Positions 29,234 through 38,912 of a stretch of DNA of 50,993 nt are shown here, piece by piece. The notes beneath the pieces are model-generated. The model was not told where the DNA came from. It searched no databases and saw nothing but the letters and a program-made list of their open reading frames with translations. How positions within the stretch are numbered: the first letter of the stretch is position 1; every line of letters begins with the position of its first letter. Origin of the DNA: Gammaproteobacteria bacterium (GTDB taxonomy: Bacteria > Pseudomonadota > Gammaproteobacteria > Arenicellales > Arenicellaceae); NCBI GenBank assembly GCA_030426005.1, contig JAUHZM010000001.1, positions 1-50,993 of the forward strand, in the 5' to 3' direction. A program made the translations under genes and the position numbers.

Positions 29234-31450
29234 TTAGAAGCGCTTGGTGAACTCCAGTCCCCAGAACGCCGGTTCGTTAACGAACGCAGTCAGGTTCAGG
29301 AAGTCGAGTGCGCCGTCGGCCACCACTTCGTCGGTGATGTTGCGTCCAACCACGGCGACATCGATGGTGTCGTCCGCATTTTTATAGCCTACGCGTAGAC
29401 CACCGATCCAACGTTTCTCCGCCACGAACTCAACCGACTCGTACAAAAAGATGTTGGAGTCACTGCGGTAGTTCCAGTCCGTTTGCGCGTAGATCAAACC
29501 GCTTTCAAGTTCGTAGTCGTAATCAAGCGAAAAGTTGAAGATCCATTCTGGTGCACGTGGCAGTGGATTGCCATTCACGGACACAAGGTTAACCGTGCCG
29601 AAGAAACCTGGGAAGGTGTCAACGATTGGGTCCAGCGACGTACACAATGGTGTGGCTGAACACAATTCAGTATTCAGGTTCGGGTCTTTAATTTCCGTTT
29701 CGTTATAGCTCAAGTTGGTGTTCAAGCGCAGATTATCCATAACCAGGAATTCGAACTCTGTCTCGAAACCGGAACCAGTCACCTCGGCCGCATTTAGCAA
29801 CTCATTGGTGTTACCCGTGCCACCCGTGGCGGTCAGTTGTTGGTCGTCAATGGAGAAGGTGTACACTGTGGTATTCCAGCGCGCGCGTCCATCAAACAGG
29901 TCTGCTTTAAAACCAACTTCGAATGAGGTGATTTCTTCCGTATCTGCTTGGCTGACGAAACCGAATCGTCCCAGGGTCACCGGACCACGGGATGCGGTGG
30001 CCAGTCGTGCATAAGTGCTCCATTCGCTGTTTAAGTCGTAGTTGGCCGACAGTTCCCAGCTGAAGTAGTCATCGCTGGCTTCAATCGTTGCGGCTGGGGC
30101 TGTAGACCCAGGGCCAGGAATCACTTCAAGTTCTTTGTCGTCATCGGTATAACGCAGGCCAGCAGTGATTGAGAATTCGTCCGTGAGGTTAAATTCTGCT
30201 TGGCCGAAGATCGCCATTGAGCGCGTGTCTTGCTGTGCCTGAGTTAGCTGGATGCGGTCGCCAGAGTTTGCGAAATCAATGCTGTCCACGGTGATGTCTT
30301 CGTCCAGGAAGTAAACACCGACCTGGTAGAACAAATCATCCAGCTCAACTGCGTAGCGCAGTTCTTGTGTTAGCTGGCTGTGGTCAGACAAACCGTCACC
30401 GGATGACACGCTGAAGAAAGCTTGACCACCTAATTGGCCAGTCGCCTCTGGACCACCTTGGATGCCGCCGTCAATATCGGCCTGGCTGAAGCTCTCCACG
30501 GTGTCGTAGGCAGTGATCGAGGTGATCGTTGTGTTGTTGTCTAGATCAAATGTCAGTTTGGCACTGCCGCCGAAATGATCCAGTTCCATGCCAGATACCA
30601 GCGCATCGTGCGAGGCGATTTCTGGGTTGAAACCGGGGCGCAGACCCTCAACTCCTGGCGTAAACGCGTTGCCATAGAATACTTGTGGCTGGTTGCCGTC
30701 TTGCTTAAATCCGTGCAGTTTGAACAAGGCAGAAAATTGATCGTTCGGTGTTGCTAACAATTGCAGGCGATAGGCAAATTCATCAAATGCGCCAAAGTCA
30801 TCGCCAGGTCCGTTGAATGTGTTGTCAATCCAGTTGCCGCGGTCTAAGTATTTGAAAGAAGCACGTGCTGCCAGGGTGTCGCTTAACGCACCACCAACGG
30901 CGCCTTCTGCTGAGACAGTTTCTCGACTGCCATAACCTAAGCGGACATAACCGTCGTTTTCTTCTGAAGGTTGAACCGAGTCGACCTTAACCACGCCCGC
31001 CGTGGTGCTGCGACCAAATAGCGTGCCTTGTGGGCCTTTGAGTACTTCGATGCGTTCAACGTCGAATAGAGGGATACTTTTGAGTACTGAGTTCTCCAAA
31101 GCCACTTCATCCATAATCATGGAAACTGGCTGGGTAGCATTTACATCGAAATCATAGTTACCTAGGCCACGAATATAGAAGCGCGGCGATTGGCGGCCAT
31201 TCGATGATTCAATTTGCAGGCTGGGCACGCGTCCGGCCAGTGCGCGAATGTTTTCGCCTGCACCCAATAAGTCCTGGACCTGCTCGGACGGAATCGCCGA
31301 CACAGCAGCAGGAATGTCTTGTAGGGTTTGTTCACGTTTTTGCGCAGTTACCACAATCTCCTCAAGGGTCAGATTGTTTTGCGCGGATGCGACAGTCGAG
31401 AGACTGGCGAGGCCCACAACCAGTGGGGCGGTAAAGGATCGAATAGTCAT
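29234..31450 (-). CDS. TonB-dependent receptor
   Basis: Signal peptide, TonB box LEEIVVTAQKR, ERIEVLKGPQGTLFG and C-terminal Phe (GLEFTKRF). Confidence 0.95.
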   Translation of the reverse strand: MTIRSFTAPLVVGLASLSTVASAQNNLTLEEIVVTAQKREQTLQDIPAAVSAIPSEQVQDLLGAGENIRALAGRVPSLQIESSNGRQSPRFYIRGLGNYDFDVNATQPVSMIMDEVALENSVLKSIPLFDVERIEVLKGPQGTLFGRSTTAGVVKVDSVQPSEENDGYVRLGYGSRETVSAEGAVGGALSDTLAARASFKYLDRGNWIDNTFNGPGDDFGAFDEFAYRLQLLATPNDQFSALFKLHGFKQDGNQPQVFYGNAFTPGVEGLRPGFNPEIASHDALVSGMELDHFGGSAKLTFDLDNNTTITSITAYDTVESFSQADIDGGIQGGPEATGQLGGQAFFSVSSGDGLSDHSQLTQELRYAVELDDLFYQVGVYFLDEDITVDSIDFANSGDRIQLTQAQQDTRSMAIFGQAEFNLTDEFSITAGLRYTDDDKELEVIPGPGSTAPAATIEASDDYFSWELSANYDLNSEWSTYARLATASRGPVTLGRFGFVSQADTEEITSFEVGFKADLFDGRARWNTTVYTFSIDDQQLTATGGTGNTNELLNAAEVTGSGFETEFEFLVMDNLRLNTNLSYNETEIKDPNLNTELCSATPLCTSLDPIVDTFPGFFGTVNLVSVNGNPLPRAPEWIFNFSLDYDYELESGLIYAQTDWNYRSDSNIFLYESVEFVAEKRWIGGLRVGYKNADDTIDVAVVGRNITDEVVADGALDFLNLTAFVNEPAFWGLEFTKRF

Positions 31451-31618
31451 AGTAAGAATCCGGGTAAGTACGTCGGGTCAAGCTGAAAATCTAGGAGTGG
31501 TGACTTTACCACCAACGGCGTTGTAATTAACCCCTAAACGTATGAATTGCCGACATTTAGCCCGCAAAATAACCGAAACGCGATACTATTACGGCCTAGT
31601 CAACGATTCGATCTCCCC

Positions 31619-32257
31619 ATGCCTGCAGAGTTATTTACTGTCACCAATTTGCTGGTGGCCATCACGTGTGTTGTGTCTTTCTTGGTGATGGAAAACCAGG
31701 TCACCAAATCCCAGTTGCTATTTCATCCCGCCACGGTGCGGCGAGAAGGTGAGTGGTATCGATTTTTGACCTCCGGGTTTATTCATGCCGATATGCTGCA
31801 CCTGTTGATCAATATGTTTGTATTGTGGTCATTTGGTAACGCACTTGAAACTGGCTACTTCCCAGTATTTCTGGGTGAGGGCAGTACAATCAAGTTCCTG
31901 ATTCTGTATCTTGGTGGGATTGTGGTGTCCTCAATTCCAGATTATTTTCGGCATCGATATAACAGCACCTACGCCGCATTGGGCGCGTCCGGCGGGGTAT
32001 CGGCCGTGGTGTTTGGCGTCATCATCTTCGCGCCGTGGCAGAATCTGTACCTGTATGGTGTGATCGCCATTCCACAGATCGTGGCGGGAGTTGGCTATCT
32101 CTGGTACTCCTGGGTGAAAGACAAACAGGCGAATGACAACATCGGTCATATGGCGCATTTTGCCGGGGCGGTGTGGGGTTTTGTTTTTACCGGCTTGATG
32201 AATCCATACCTGTTTGTATCGTTTGTGCAGCAAACCTTGGCCGGGCCGAGCTGGTAG
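31619..32257 (+). CDS. Rhomboid family intramembrane serine protease
   Basis: WYRFLTSGFIHAD..HL..NM, GASGG (Ser) and HMAHFAG (His). Confidence 0.92.
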   Translation: MPAELFTVTNLLVAITCVVSFLVMENQVTKSQLLFHPATVRREGEWYRFLTSGFIHADMLHLLINMFVLWSFGNALETGYFPVFLGEGSTIKFLILYLGGIVVSSIPDYFRHRYNSTYAALGASGGVSAVVFGVIIFAPWQNLYLYGVIAIPQIVAGVGYLWYSWVKDKQANDNIGHMAHFAGAVWGFVFTGLMNPYLFVSFVQQTLAGPSW

Positions 32258-32281
32258 CCCGATAGCGCAGGGCTCGCTGGT

Positions 32282-33058
32282 ATGCCGGTGTTTGAACTCA
32301 GTCTAACTCTGATTGCGGGCCTGATGATGGCTGCATTTGTTACCGCTGTGGTGCATGGCGCGACCGGCATGGCGGGCGGCATCTTGTTGGCGGCAGTGCT
32401 CACACAGGTGGTCGGAATTAAGAACGCTATTCCGTTGACCACCTGTGCGTTGATCATTAGTCACAGCAGCCGAGTCTGGTTGCACCGGCATGATATTGAT
32501 TGGCGGACCGTGCAGCTCATTGGCGTGTTCGCAGCGCCCGGTATTTTGTTTGGTACCTGGCTGTTTGTCGGTTTGTCGCCGACTATCGTGGCCCTGGTGA
32601 TGGGTACGTTTTTGGTGTGTTCAATTCCCGTTAAGCTCTGGGCGCGACGTCGGAATCTCGAAGTCAGTAATCCCGTGCTCGGCCTGGCCAGTAGTGCTTG
32701 GGGTGTGCTGGCTGGCAATGTTATTGGTCCTGGTTTCGTGTTGGCACCGTTTTTGCAAGGTCGTCGTTCCCAAACCCAGCAGGGTCAATCAAAACTGCTC
32801 TCGCGAACTGAATTCGTTGGCACCTTGGCTTGTATTGTGTTGGGAATGAATTGCATCAAGGTATTGGTGTTTAGTAGCACCGCGCTCCTCAACTTTGACG
32901 GGCTTTGGTTAGGGCTCGCCTTAGGCTTGGCGACGATTCCGGGAAACTGGTTGGGTAAAAACCTATTGTTGCGGCTCACGGATGGCGCTCACCGACACCT
33001 TATAAACATAATGACCGTCATACTCAGTGCGTACTTTTTCTATCAGGCGGTGCGTTAA
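32282..33058 (+). CDS. Sulfite exporter TauE/SafE family protein
   Basis: About 8 TM; VHGATGMAGGI and an internal repeat G..IGPG. Confidence 0.8.
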   Translation: MPVFELSLTLIAGLMMAAFVTAVVHGATGMAGGILLAAVLTQVVGIKNAIPLTTCALIISHSSRVWLHRHDIDWRTVQLIGVFAAPGILFGTWLFVGLSPTIVALVMGTFLVCSIPVKLWARRRNLEVSNPVLGLASSAWGVLAGNVIGPGFVLAPFLQGRRSQTQQGQSKLLSRTEFVGTLACIVLGMNCIKVLVFSSTALLNFDGLWLGLALGLATIPGNWLGKNLLLRLTDGAHRHLINIMTVILSAYFFYQAVR

Positions 33059-33138
33059 GCTGGTACTCTCTGGCGCTGGGTGATTGCCATACGACGTACT
33101 GATGCCCCAACCAATTATTTTTCTACTCTCGTTCACCA

Positions 33139-33930
33139 ATGGATTTTAGTTACTGGTATTTTTTCCTGCTTGCGTTGTTTGGTGCTGTGGTGGCAAATTC
33201 CACTGGCGCTGGTGGTGGTGTGGTGTTCGTGCCGGCATTCAATTTACTTGGTTTATCGCCTGATTCGGTGATCGCGACGAGTTTCGCAATTCAATGCTTT
33301 GGGATGACTGCTGGGACGCTTGCTTGGTTCAGGCACGCACGCTTGCAGCAGGTGAGTGAGGTGCCAGAAGTTTGGAATGCATACTTGCCACACATTCTTT
33401 GGTTTGGTTTGCCATCCATGTTGGGCGTGGTAGCCGGTCAAGCCTTGTTTGAAGCGCGGGCTGCACATGAGATCGTCAGTTTGTTCAAAGGCTTCTCGAT
33501 TGTGTTCGCCATCTCGATTCTTGCTACCACGTATTACCTTGTGCGCACGCAAAAGCGTAAATTGCCCCCAGTGCAGGCGCAGGGCTATTTTTATCTTCTG
33601 TTTGTCATCGTTGGCGGGGTAGGTGGCATGATTACCGCCTGGTTGTCGATTGGCGTTGGCGAGTTGGTGGCGGTTCTACTGATTTTAATGCGTTACCCGG
33701 TGCGGATGGCGGTCGGTGTGGCGGTTAGCGTTAGCGCGATGTCGGTTTGGGTCGGTGTTCAAAAATACCTATGGGTATTACCAACCATCGATTGGAATGT
33801 GCTGATGTTCGCCGGCCCGGCAGCGCTGATAGGTGGTACGGTAGCCAAACACGTGATTGCCTGGTTTACACCAGTGCAACTTAAGCTGTTTATTGCGGCT
33901 TGGATTCTGTTCAGTGCCATTGCGATGTAG
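33139..33930 (+). CDS. Sulfite exporter TauE/SafE family protein
   Basis: About 8 TM; ANSTGAGGGVVFVP, SFAIQCFGMT and GGMITAWLSIGVGE. Confidence 0.82.
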   Translation: MDFSYWYFFLLALFGAVVANSTGAGGGVVFVPAFNLLGLSPDSVIATSFAIQCFGMTAGTLAWFRHARLQQVSEVPEVWNAYLPHILWFGLPSMLGVVAGQALFEARAAHEIVSLFKGFSIVFAISILATTYYLVRTQKRKLPPVQAQGYFYLLFVIVGGVGGMITAWLSIGVGELVAVLLILMRYPVRMAVGVAVSVSAMSVWVGVQKYLWVLPTIDWNVLMFAGPAALIGGTVAKHVIAWFTPVQLKLFIAAWILFSAIAM

Positions 33931-34109
33931 CTGTAGACGCTGGCGACAATTGGATGCCGGTTTTATGGCAGGCTGGACAGTTTCTTCAACCAGTGTTAAA
34001 ACGGTAGAGTCGCGACTGACTCACGCCGACTGGCTCGCAAACCGAGCTCCCATGATATTACACAATTCTTTGACTGCACTCTGTTCCTGCCAGGGCGCTT
34101 AGAGGGTAT

Positions 34110-36101
34110 ATGGTTACGACTGCTCACCAAAACAAAACACGCTACTCGTTGCTATTGGCTGCGGTGACCGCACTCCTGTTATTGGGGTTGGTGGGGCAGG
34201 TGTTTTGGGTGCAACCCGCACTGAATCAGGCCGCGATGCGGTTAAACGCGGGATCGATGACGCAGGTGCTGTGGCAAACGCCCAATGTGACAAAGCCGGT
34301 AAAACGCGCTGCGCTGGCGCAGTTTGTTACACAGTTGCAGTCAGGTACGACAAGTGACGTCCCTGCCTCGATAGACGCTGTGGCTGCGCTCCCTAAGGGC
34401 GTTCTTGCTGCCGAGTTGAGTCGCTTGCTTGATACTATGCAGCGTGGCGATGATGCCTCCATTAACGCGGCGTTGGTCGCGATGGTCGCAGGGCTCACCA
34501 CGCAATTGGAACAGAAGCAGGTGATTCGGCTGGTATTTTGGTTGGCGATTTCTGTTGGCGTGGTTGGAATAACAGCTTGGTTGCTGTTGAGTTTACGCAG
34601 TGAGCTCAAACGCGCACAAATCATGTTGAATGCCAGTCAACGTGAGAACAAAACTATTATGGAAGCAACCAAGGAAGGCTTGTTTATTGTTAAGCCTAAT
34701 CACCAGGTTGGGTCGGTGCAGTCGCAGGCGGTTCAAACTTTGTTTGGTATTGATGAACCAATTCAGGGTGACTTTTTTGAGTTCCTAAAGCGCTTAATCA
34801 GTTTTGATGATCTGAACGAAGTTCGTGCCCATGTCACCGCGAAGCTTGCCGGTAGCCGTGTGGAAGGCAGTGCCGTCGCATCGCAGGCGTTAAATGAAAT
34901 AGAGATCGTTACCGAAAACAAAAAAGGGTATGTCACGCGTAAGTATTTGAGTTTTGAATTCGTTCGTAATGAACAGAATCCTGCAGCCGGTTTGCTGGCG
35001 ACGGTGTCTGATGTGACGCCTCAGGCTGATCTGAAGCGTGAGTTGAAGGCGTTGGGTCGCCAAAATGACGAACGCTTTCAATTGCTGCTGGGTAGTGTCA
35101 CCAGCCAGTCTCCTGAGCTTAAATCGTTTTTCCGCCAAGCGCACCAATATATGAAGGCGATTAATGATGCATTACGCGACACCGATCAGCTGCATGCTTC
35201 CCCGGAAGATAAGATGCAGGACATCAAAACTGCGGTGAGTGACCTTAAGCGACAAGCTGGCGAGGTTGGCAATGTGTTGCTGGAAACCTCAGCGCAAGCG
35301 TTTGAGGGTCAGGTCGACTTATTACTGGACGCGGCGGAAGTCAGCTCGGAGCAGATCGTCGGCCTCAGTGTGCCGTTGAAGCAGATGATCGCTGAGTTGG
35401 ATATTCTGGAAAAATTGTCGGTCAAGCTTGGTGCGAATCAAGTGGATAAACCAGCCTTGTCTGTGGTGAGCCAGCCACAAGCAGAGCCGCATCTGTCCGC
35501 AGTTGCCAATAACGACACTTTGTCACGCTTTACGCAGGCCTATGCGGCCAGTCAGCAGAAGCAGGCGAAGTTGGTTTTGGCGGGGTTTAACGAGTCAGAT
35601 TTTAAATCCGAAATCAGAGCCGAGCTCATTAAGCTGTTTCGGCAATTGGTCGAGAATGCGGTAATGCATAGCCTGGAAACTCCTAATGAACGTATCCGCG
35701 CCGGAAAGTCGGCAACCGGTGTCGTGACCATACAGCGGCATGATTCAAGCCCGTCGGAAGTGCGTTTCGCGGTTCAGGATGATGGTGCAGGATTTAATTT
35801 TGATGCCATCAGACAAACTGCGGTTGCGCGCGGTATCTTAACTGAGGAGTTGAGTGAGCGCCTGTCGAAAAATGAGTTGGTGCGCCTGGTATTTATTTCA
35901 GGTTTTTCGACCGCAGCAGCGCAAACCGACAATCCGGATCAGGGCATGGGTCTGGAGCAGGTAAAGGTAGCGCTAACCGATATGGGCGGCAAGATTGGTA
36001 TCGGGTCACCGGATGGTGTGCGGGCTCAGTTTATGATTAGTTTGCCTAAATCTGTGCTGTTACCGTCCACCACAGCGCCGCAACCCGCTAGCGCTCAATA
36101 A
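34110..36101 (+). CDS. Membrane-anchored CheA-like HATPase protein (2 TM, PAS-like, degenerate Hpt, no CheW domain)
   Basis: QLVENAVMHSLE...R..AGK...G (N box), QDDGAG (G1), LVFISGFSTA (F) and GMGLEQV (G2). Confidence 0.8.
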   Translation: MVTTAHQNKTRYSLLLAAVTALLLLGLVGQVFWVQPALNQAAMRLNAGSMTQVLWQTPNVTKPVKRAALAQFVTQLQSGTTSDVPASIDAVAALPKGVLAAELSRLLDTMQRGDDASINAALVAMVAGLTTQLEQKQVIRLVFWLAISVGVVGITAWLLLSLRSELKRAQIMLNASQRENKTIMEATKEGLFIVKPNHQVGSVQSQAVQTLFGIDEPIQGDFFEFLKRLISFDDLNEVRAHVTAKLAGSRVEGSAVASQALNEIEIVTENKKGYVTRKYLSFEFVRNEQNPAAGLLATVSDVTPQADLKRELKALGRQNDERFQLLLGSVTSQSPELKSFFRQAHQYMKAINDALRDTDQLHASPEDKMQDIKTAVSDLKRQAGEVGNVLLETSAQAFEGQVDLLLDAAEVSSEQIVGLSVPLKQMIAELDILEKLSVKLGANQVDKPALSVVSQPQAEPHLSAVANNDTLSRFTQAYAASQQKQAKLVLAGFNESDFKSEIRAELIKLFRQLVENAVMHSLETPNERIRAGKSATGVVTIQRHDSSPSEVRFAVQDDGAGFNFDAIRQTAVARGILTEELSERLSKNELVRLVFISGFSTAAAQTDNPDQGMGLEQVKVALTDMGGKIGIGSPDGVRAQFMISLPKSVLLPSTTAPQPASAQ

Positions 36102-36171
36102 CGCTGCGCAACGGCTGACGCTGTCGGCCGAAGGTACTATAATTGCGCTTTTAATTGTTCCTAGCCATCTC

Positions 36172-36522
36172 ATGAAGCTTTATCAGTACCCCAAATGTTC
36201 AACCTGTCGCAATGCCGTGAAGTTCTTGCGTGCGAACGATATTCCGTTTGAGTCGATCGATATTACCCAGCAACCACCAACAATTGACGAGTTGCAGACC
36301 ATGTTAGCCGCGTACGACGGTGAAATTGGCCGTTTATTTAATCGATCTGGGGTTCGATATCGCGAGCTAAAATTAAAGGATTCGCTGCCTACGATGTCGG
36401 AGGCGGATGCCTTGGCCCTACTGGCGAATGATGGAAAGCTGATTAAAAGACCCTTTTTGGTGAACGAGTCTGGCCCATCACTGGTGGGCTTTAAAGAAGC
36501 TGAATGGCAGGCGGTCGTCTAA
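36172..36522 (+). CDS. ArsC/Spx/MgsR family protein
   Basis: YPKCSTCRNA, LFNRSG..YREL and LIKRPFL. Confidence 0.9.
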   Translation: MKLYQYPKCSTCRNAVKFLRANDIPFESIDITQQPPTIDELQTMLAAYDGEIGRLFNRSGVRYRELKLKDSLPTMSEADALALLANDGKLIKRPFLVNESGPSLVGFKEAEWQAVV

Positions 36523-37481
36523 TGCGTTATGTTGACTGCTTTAATGGGGATGCGGATGGTATCTGTGCACTGACGCAGTTGCGACTCCATCAGCCGGTCG
36601 AGTCGGAGCTAGTTACCGGAATAAAGCGTGATATTAAATTGTTAGACCGTGTTGAGGTTGATCACGGTGACCTGGTGACGGTACTTGATATATCGCTTGA
36701 TAAAAACCGTGCTGAGCTGGATCGGGTTTTAGGTTCGGGTGCGACGGTGTTTTACTGTGACCACCACTTTGCTGGCGATATTCCAAATCATCCCAACCTC
36801 ACCACCTTAATCAACACCACGCCAGATGTTTGTACCAGCTTGTTGATCAATCAGCAATTGAAGGGCCGTTACCTGGCTTGGGCCGTGGTCGGTACCTTCG
36901 GTGATAACCTGCAAAAGTCAGCGCGCGGATTGGCAAAGTCACTGAATTTAAATGACGAGCAGTTGCAGGCGCTAGAGGCGCTCGGTATCTACCTGAACTA
37001 CAATGGGTATGGGGCTGACCTCGATGACCTGTATTTTGACCCGGCGGTGCTAGCCCAGCGCACAATGAAATTTGCATCCCCTTTCGACTTTATGATGGAA
37101 GACGCTGATACTTTTGGGACGCTGAAAAATGGCTACCATTCGGACATGGCGCGGGCCGCTGCAGCGACACCGCACCACCAGTCATCTGAGGCCGAGATTT
37201 ATATTTTACCCAATGAAGCTTGGGCCAGGCGAGTGAGTGGTGTGTTCGGCAATGATCTAGCCAATCGCGCGCCTGACCTCGCACACGCTGTGCTTACCGA
37301 GCGCAGTGATGGACAGTTTTTAGTCAGCGTTCGAGCACCGCTGAATAACAAACAAGGGGCAGACGTTGTTTGCCGGCAGTTTGCTACCGGTGGTGGTCGC
37401 GCGGCAGCAGCCGGAATCAACGAGTTGCCCGCGTCCGATCTTAACCAGTTTATTACGGTGTTGTGTGAAACCTATCGATAA
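36522..37481 (+). CDS. DHH/DHHA1 family phosphoesterase
   Basis: NGDADG, LDIS, CDHH, VSVR and GGGRAAAAGI; TAATG coupling to the ArsC-like gene. Confidence 0.82.
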   Translation: MRYVDCFNGDADGICALTQLRLHQPVESELVTGIKRDIKLLDRVEVDHGDLVTVLDISLDKNRAELDRVLGSGATVFYCDHHFAGDIPNHPNLTTLINTTPDVCTSLLINQQLKGRYLAWAVVGTFGDNLQKSARGLAKSLNLNDEQLQALEALGIYLNYNGYGADLDDLYFDPAVLAQRTMKFASPFDFMMEDADTFGTLKNGYHSDMARAAAATPHHQSSEAEIYILPNEAWARRVSGVFGNDLANRAPDLAHAVLTERSDGQFLVSVRAPLNNKQGADVVCRQFATGGGRAAAAGINELPASDLNQFITVLCETYR

Positions 37482-38004
37482 TCCAGTATCCGAGCAGGCC
37501 GTCGATACCCGCGAAAAAGTGGTTCGCATTGTCGCGCGAATTGGGGATGTGGCGCAGAGTTTATTGCGCAAAGTGAGCTGGTTTGTCGGATTCGGCGTGC
37601 TCGCGTCCGCCTATCTGGCCTGGTTGGTCTATTTGCCCGACTCGGTTTGGTGGTGGAATCTGATTAAGTGTCTGATTGTCTGCTTGCCAGCTCTGTTATG
37701 GGGTTTTATCTGGTTTGTTTTGTCGCAGCTGAGCGAAGCGCCAACGCACGTTGCCGGTTTGATGGATGGCGATAGCCAGTTGGTTGGACACCTAAAAGCA
37801 ATGCACTTGGGTGAGAAAAAAGGCGTGCGCGGGCTATTTAGCACATTGAATGCAGTGCGCAACGAAGAGGCGTTCAGTGCCGTATTCGATACCATCGGCG
37901 GCGTGACACTGTTGGCAAACCCGCTGTTTGCGTTTATCGCCTTTATTGCTGGTCTCTTGTTGTTTGGCGTTGTTCTGCTCGCTGGCTTGATCTTGGTGTT
38001 CTGA
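37465..38004 (+). CDS. Hypothetical membrane protein (about 3 TM); start uncertain
   Basis: Fills the gap between the DHH and UDG-like genes in the same direction; hydrophobic segments; GTG 37465 is a plausible start. Confidence 0.65.
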   Translation: MKPIDNPVSEQAVDTREKVVRIVARIGDVAQSLLRKVSWFVGFGVLASAYLAWLVYLPDSVWWWNLIKCLIVCLPALLWGFIWFVLSQLSEAPTHVAGLMDGDSQLVGHLKAMHLGEKKGVRGLFSTLNAVRNEEAFSAVFDTIGGVTLLANPLFAFIAFIAGLLLFGVVLLAGLILVF

Positions 38005-38006
38005 CC

Positions 38007-38903
38007 GTGAAGTCCGTACTACTCGATCAACTGCACGTCCAAGCGTGGCGTCTGCGCTCTCAGCCAGTACAGCAAGTCAGTGAGTCGCAGCCTGAATCGA
38101 TTGAGTTGGGGGCCGTGGCGATACCGGAAGACGTAGCGGTTGGTGTCTCTGACTATACTGCTCAGCAAGATGTTGAGCCGATCGTTACCATAGAACCTGA
38201 AGCGGCGACGACGCCACAAGCGGATGTTCAGGTTCCAACCCTGACGCCGACAATGGCACCAGTCATGCCTGTTCCTGAGCTAGCCGAGTCGATGCCGAAA
38301 ATTCTTGCGGCCCCAGAAGCGGTAGTCGCAGAACCGGCGACTACCGATCCAGTAGCCGTTGCAGACTGGGCCGCGCTGCAGTCTATGATCAATACAGGAC
38401 TGTTGTGCCCGAGTTGCAATACTAATAATGCCGTGCTGGGCCATGGCAGTCAGCAAGCTGAGTGGTTGTTCGTGTTTGATTCGCCAACTTCCACGGATTT
38501 GCGTGAGCGACAAATCTGCAATGGCCGAGCTGGTAGCCTGTATGACGCATTGTTGGCAGCCTGTGGCTTCGAGCGGGCTCAGGTTTACACCACCACCGTG
38601 TTTAAATGTGCCCCAACGGATGATCTGAGTTTGTCGCCAGCCTGCCATGACATATTGCGCCGACAAATTGAATTGATCGAGCCAAAGGTGGTAGTGGCAT
38701 TTGGCGAGTTCGCTGCACAATCTGTGTTGAAAGCTAATGAGCCACTGGGTGTCTTGCGGCAACAACCGCAGACTTGCTTTTCGACCGGGGTACGCGTGGT
38801 GCCGACCTTCAGTCCCTTGCAGATGCTTGAACATAATGAGCTGAAAGCGGATGTATGGCACGATTTATCTGCCGCGCTGCGCTGGTATCGTCAATCACGA
38901 TAA
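38007..38903 (+). CDS. Uracil-DNA glycosylase family 4-like protein, degenerate, with a HolD-like N-terminal peptide and an acidic Pro/Ala linker
   Basis: CPSC...KCAP...AC cysteines, G.AG.L and LRRQIELIEPKVVVAFGEFAAQ; directly upstream of rimI. Confidence 0.8.
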   Translation: MKSVLLDQLHVQAWRLRSQPVQQVSESQPESIELGAVAIPEDVAVGVSDYTAQQDVEPIVTIEPEAATTPQADVQVPTLTPTMAPVMPVPELAESMPKILAAPEAVVAEPATTDPVAVADWAALQSMINTGLLCPSCNTNNAVLGHGSQQAEWLFVFDSPTSTDLRERQICNGRAGSLYDALLAACGFERAQVYTTTVFKCAPTDDLSLSPACHDILRRQIELIEPKVVVAFGEFAAQSVLKANEPLGVLRQQPQTCFSTGVRVVPTFSPLQMLEHNELKADVWHDLSAALRWYRQSR

Positions 38904-38912
38904 CCGCTTTAA

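Noticed and set aside
31451-31618. Fur box or cobalamin/TPP riboswitch upstream of the TonB-dependent receptor
   Set aside because: No GATAATGATAATCATTATC-like site or riboswitch core was seen, and the region is short; the substrate is left unassigned.
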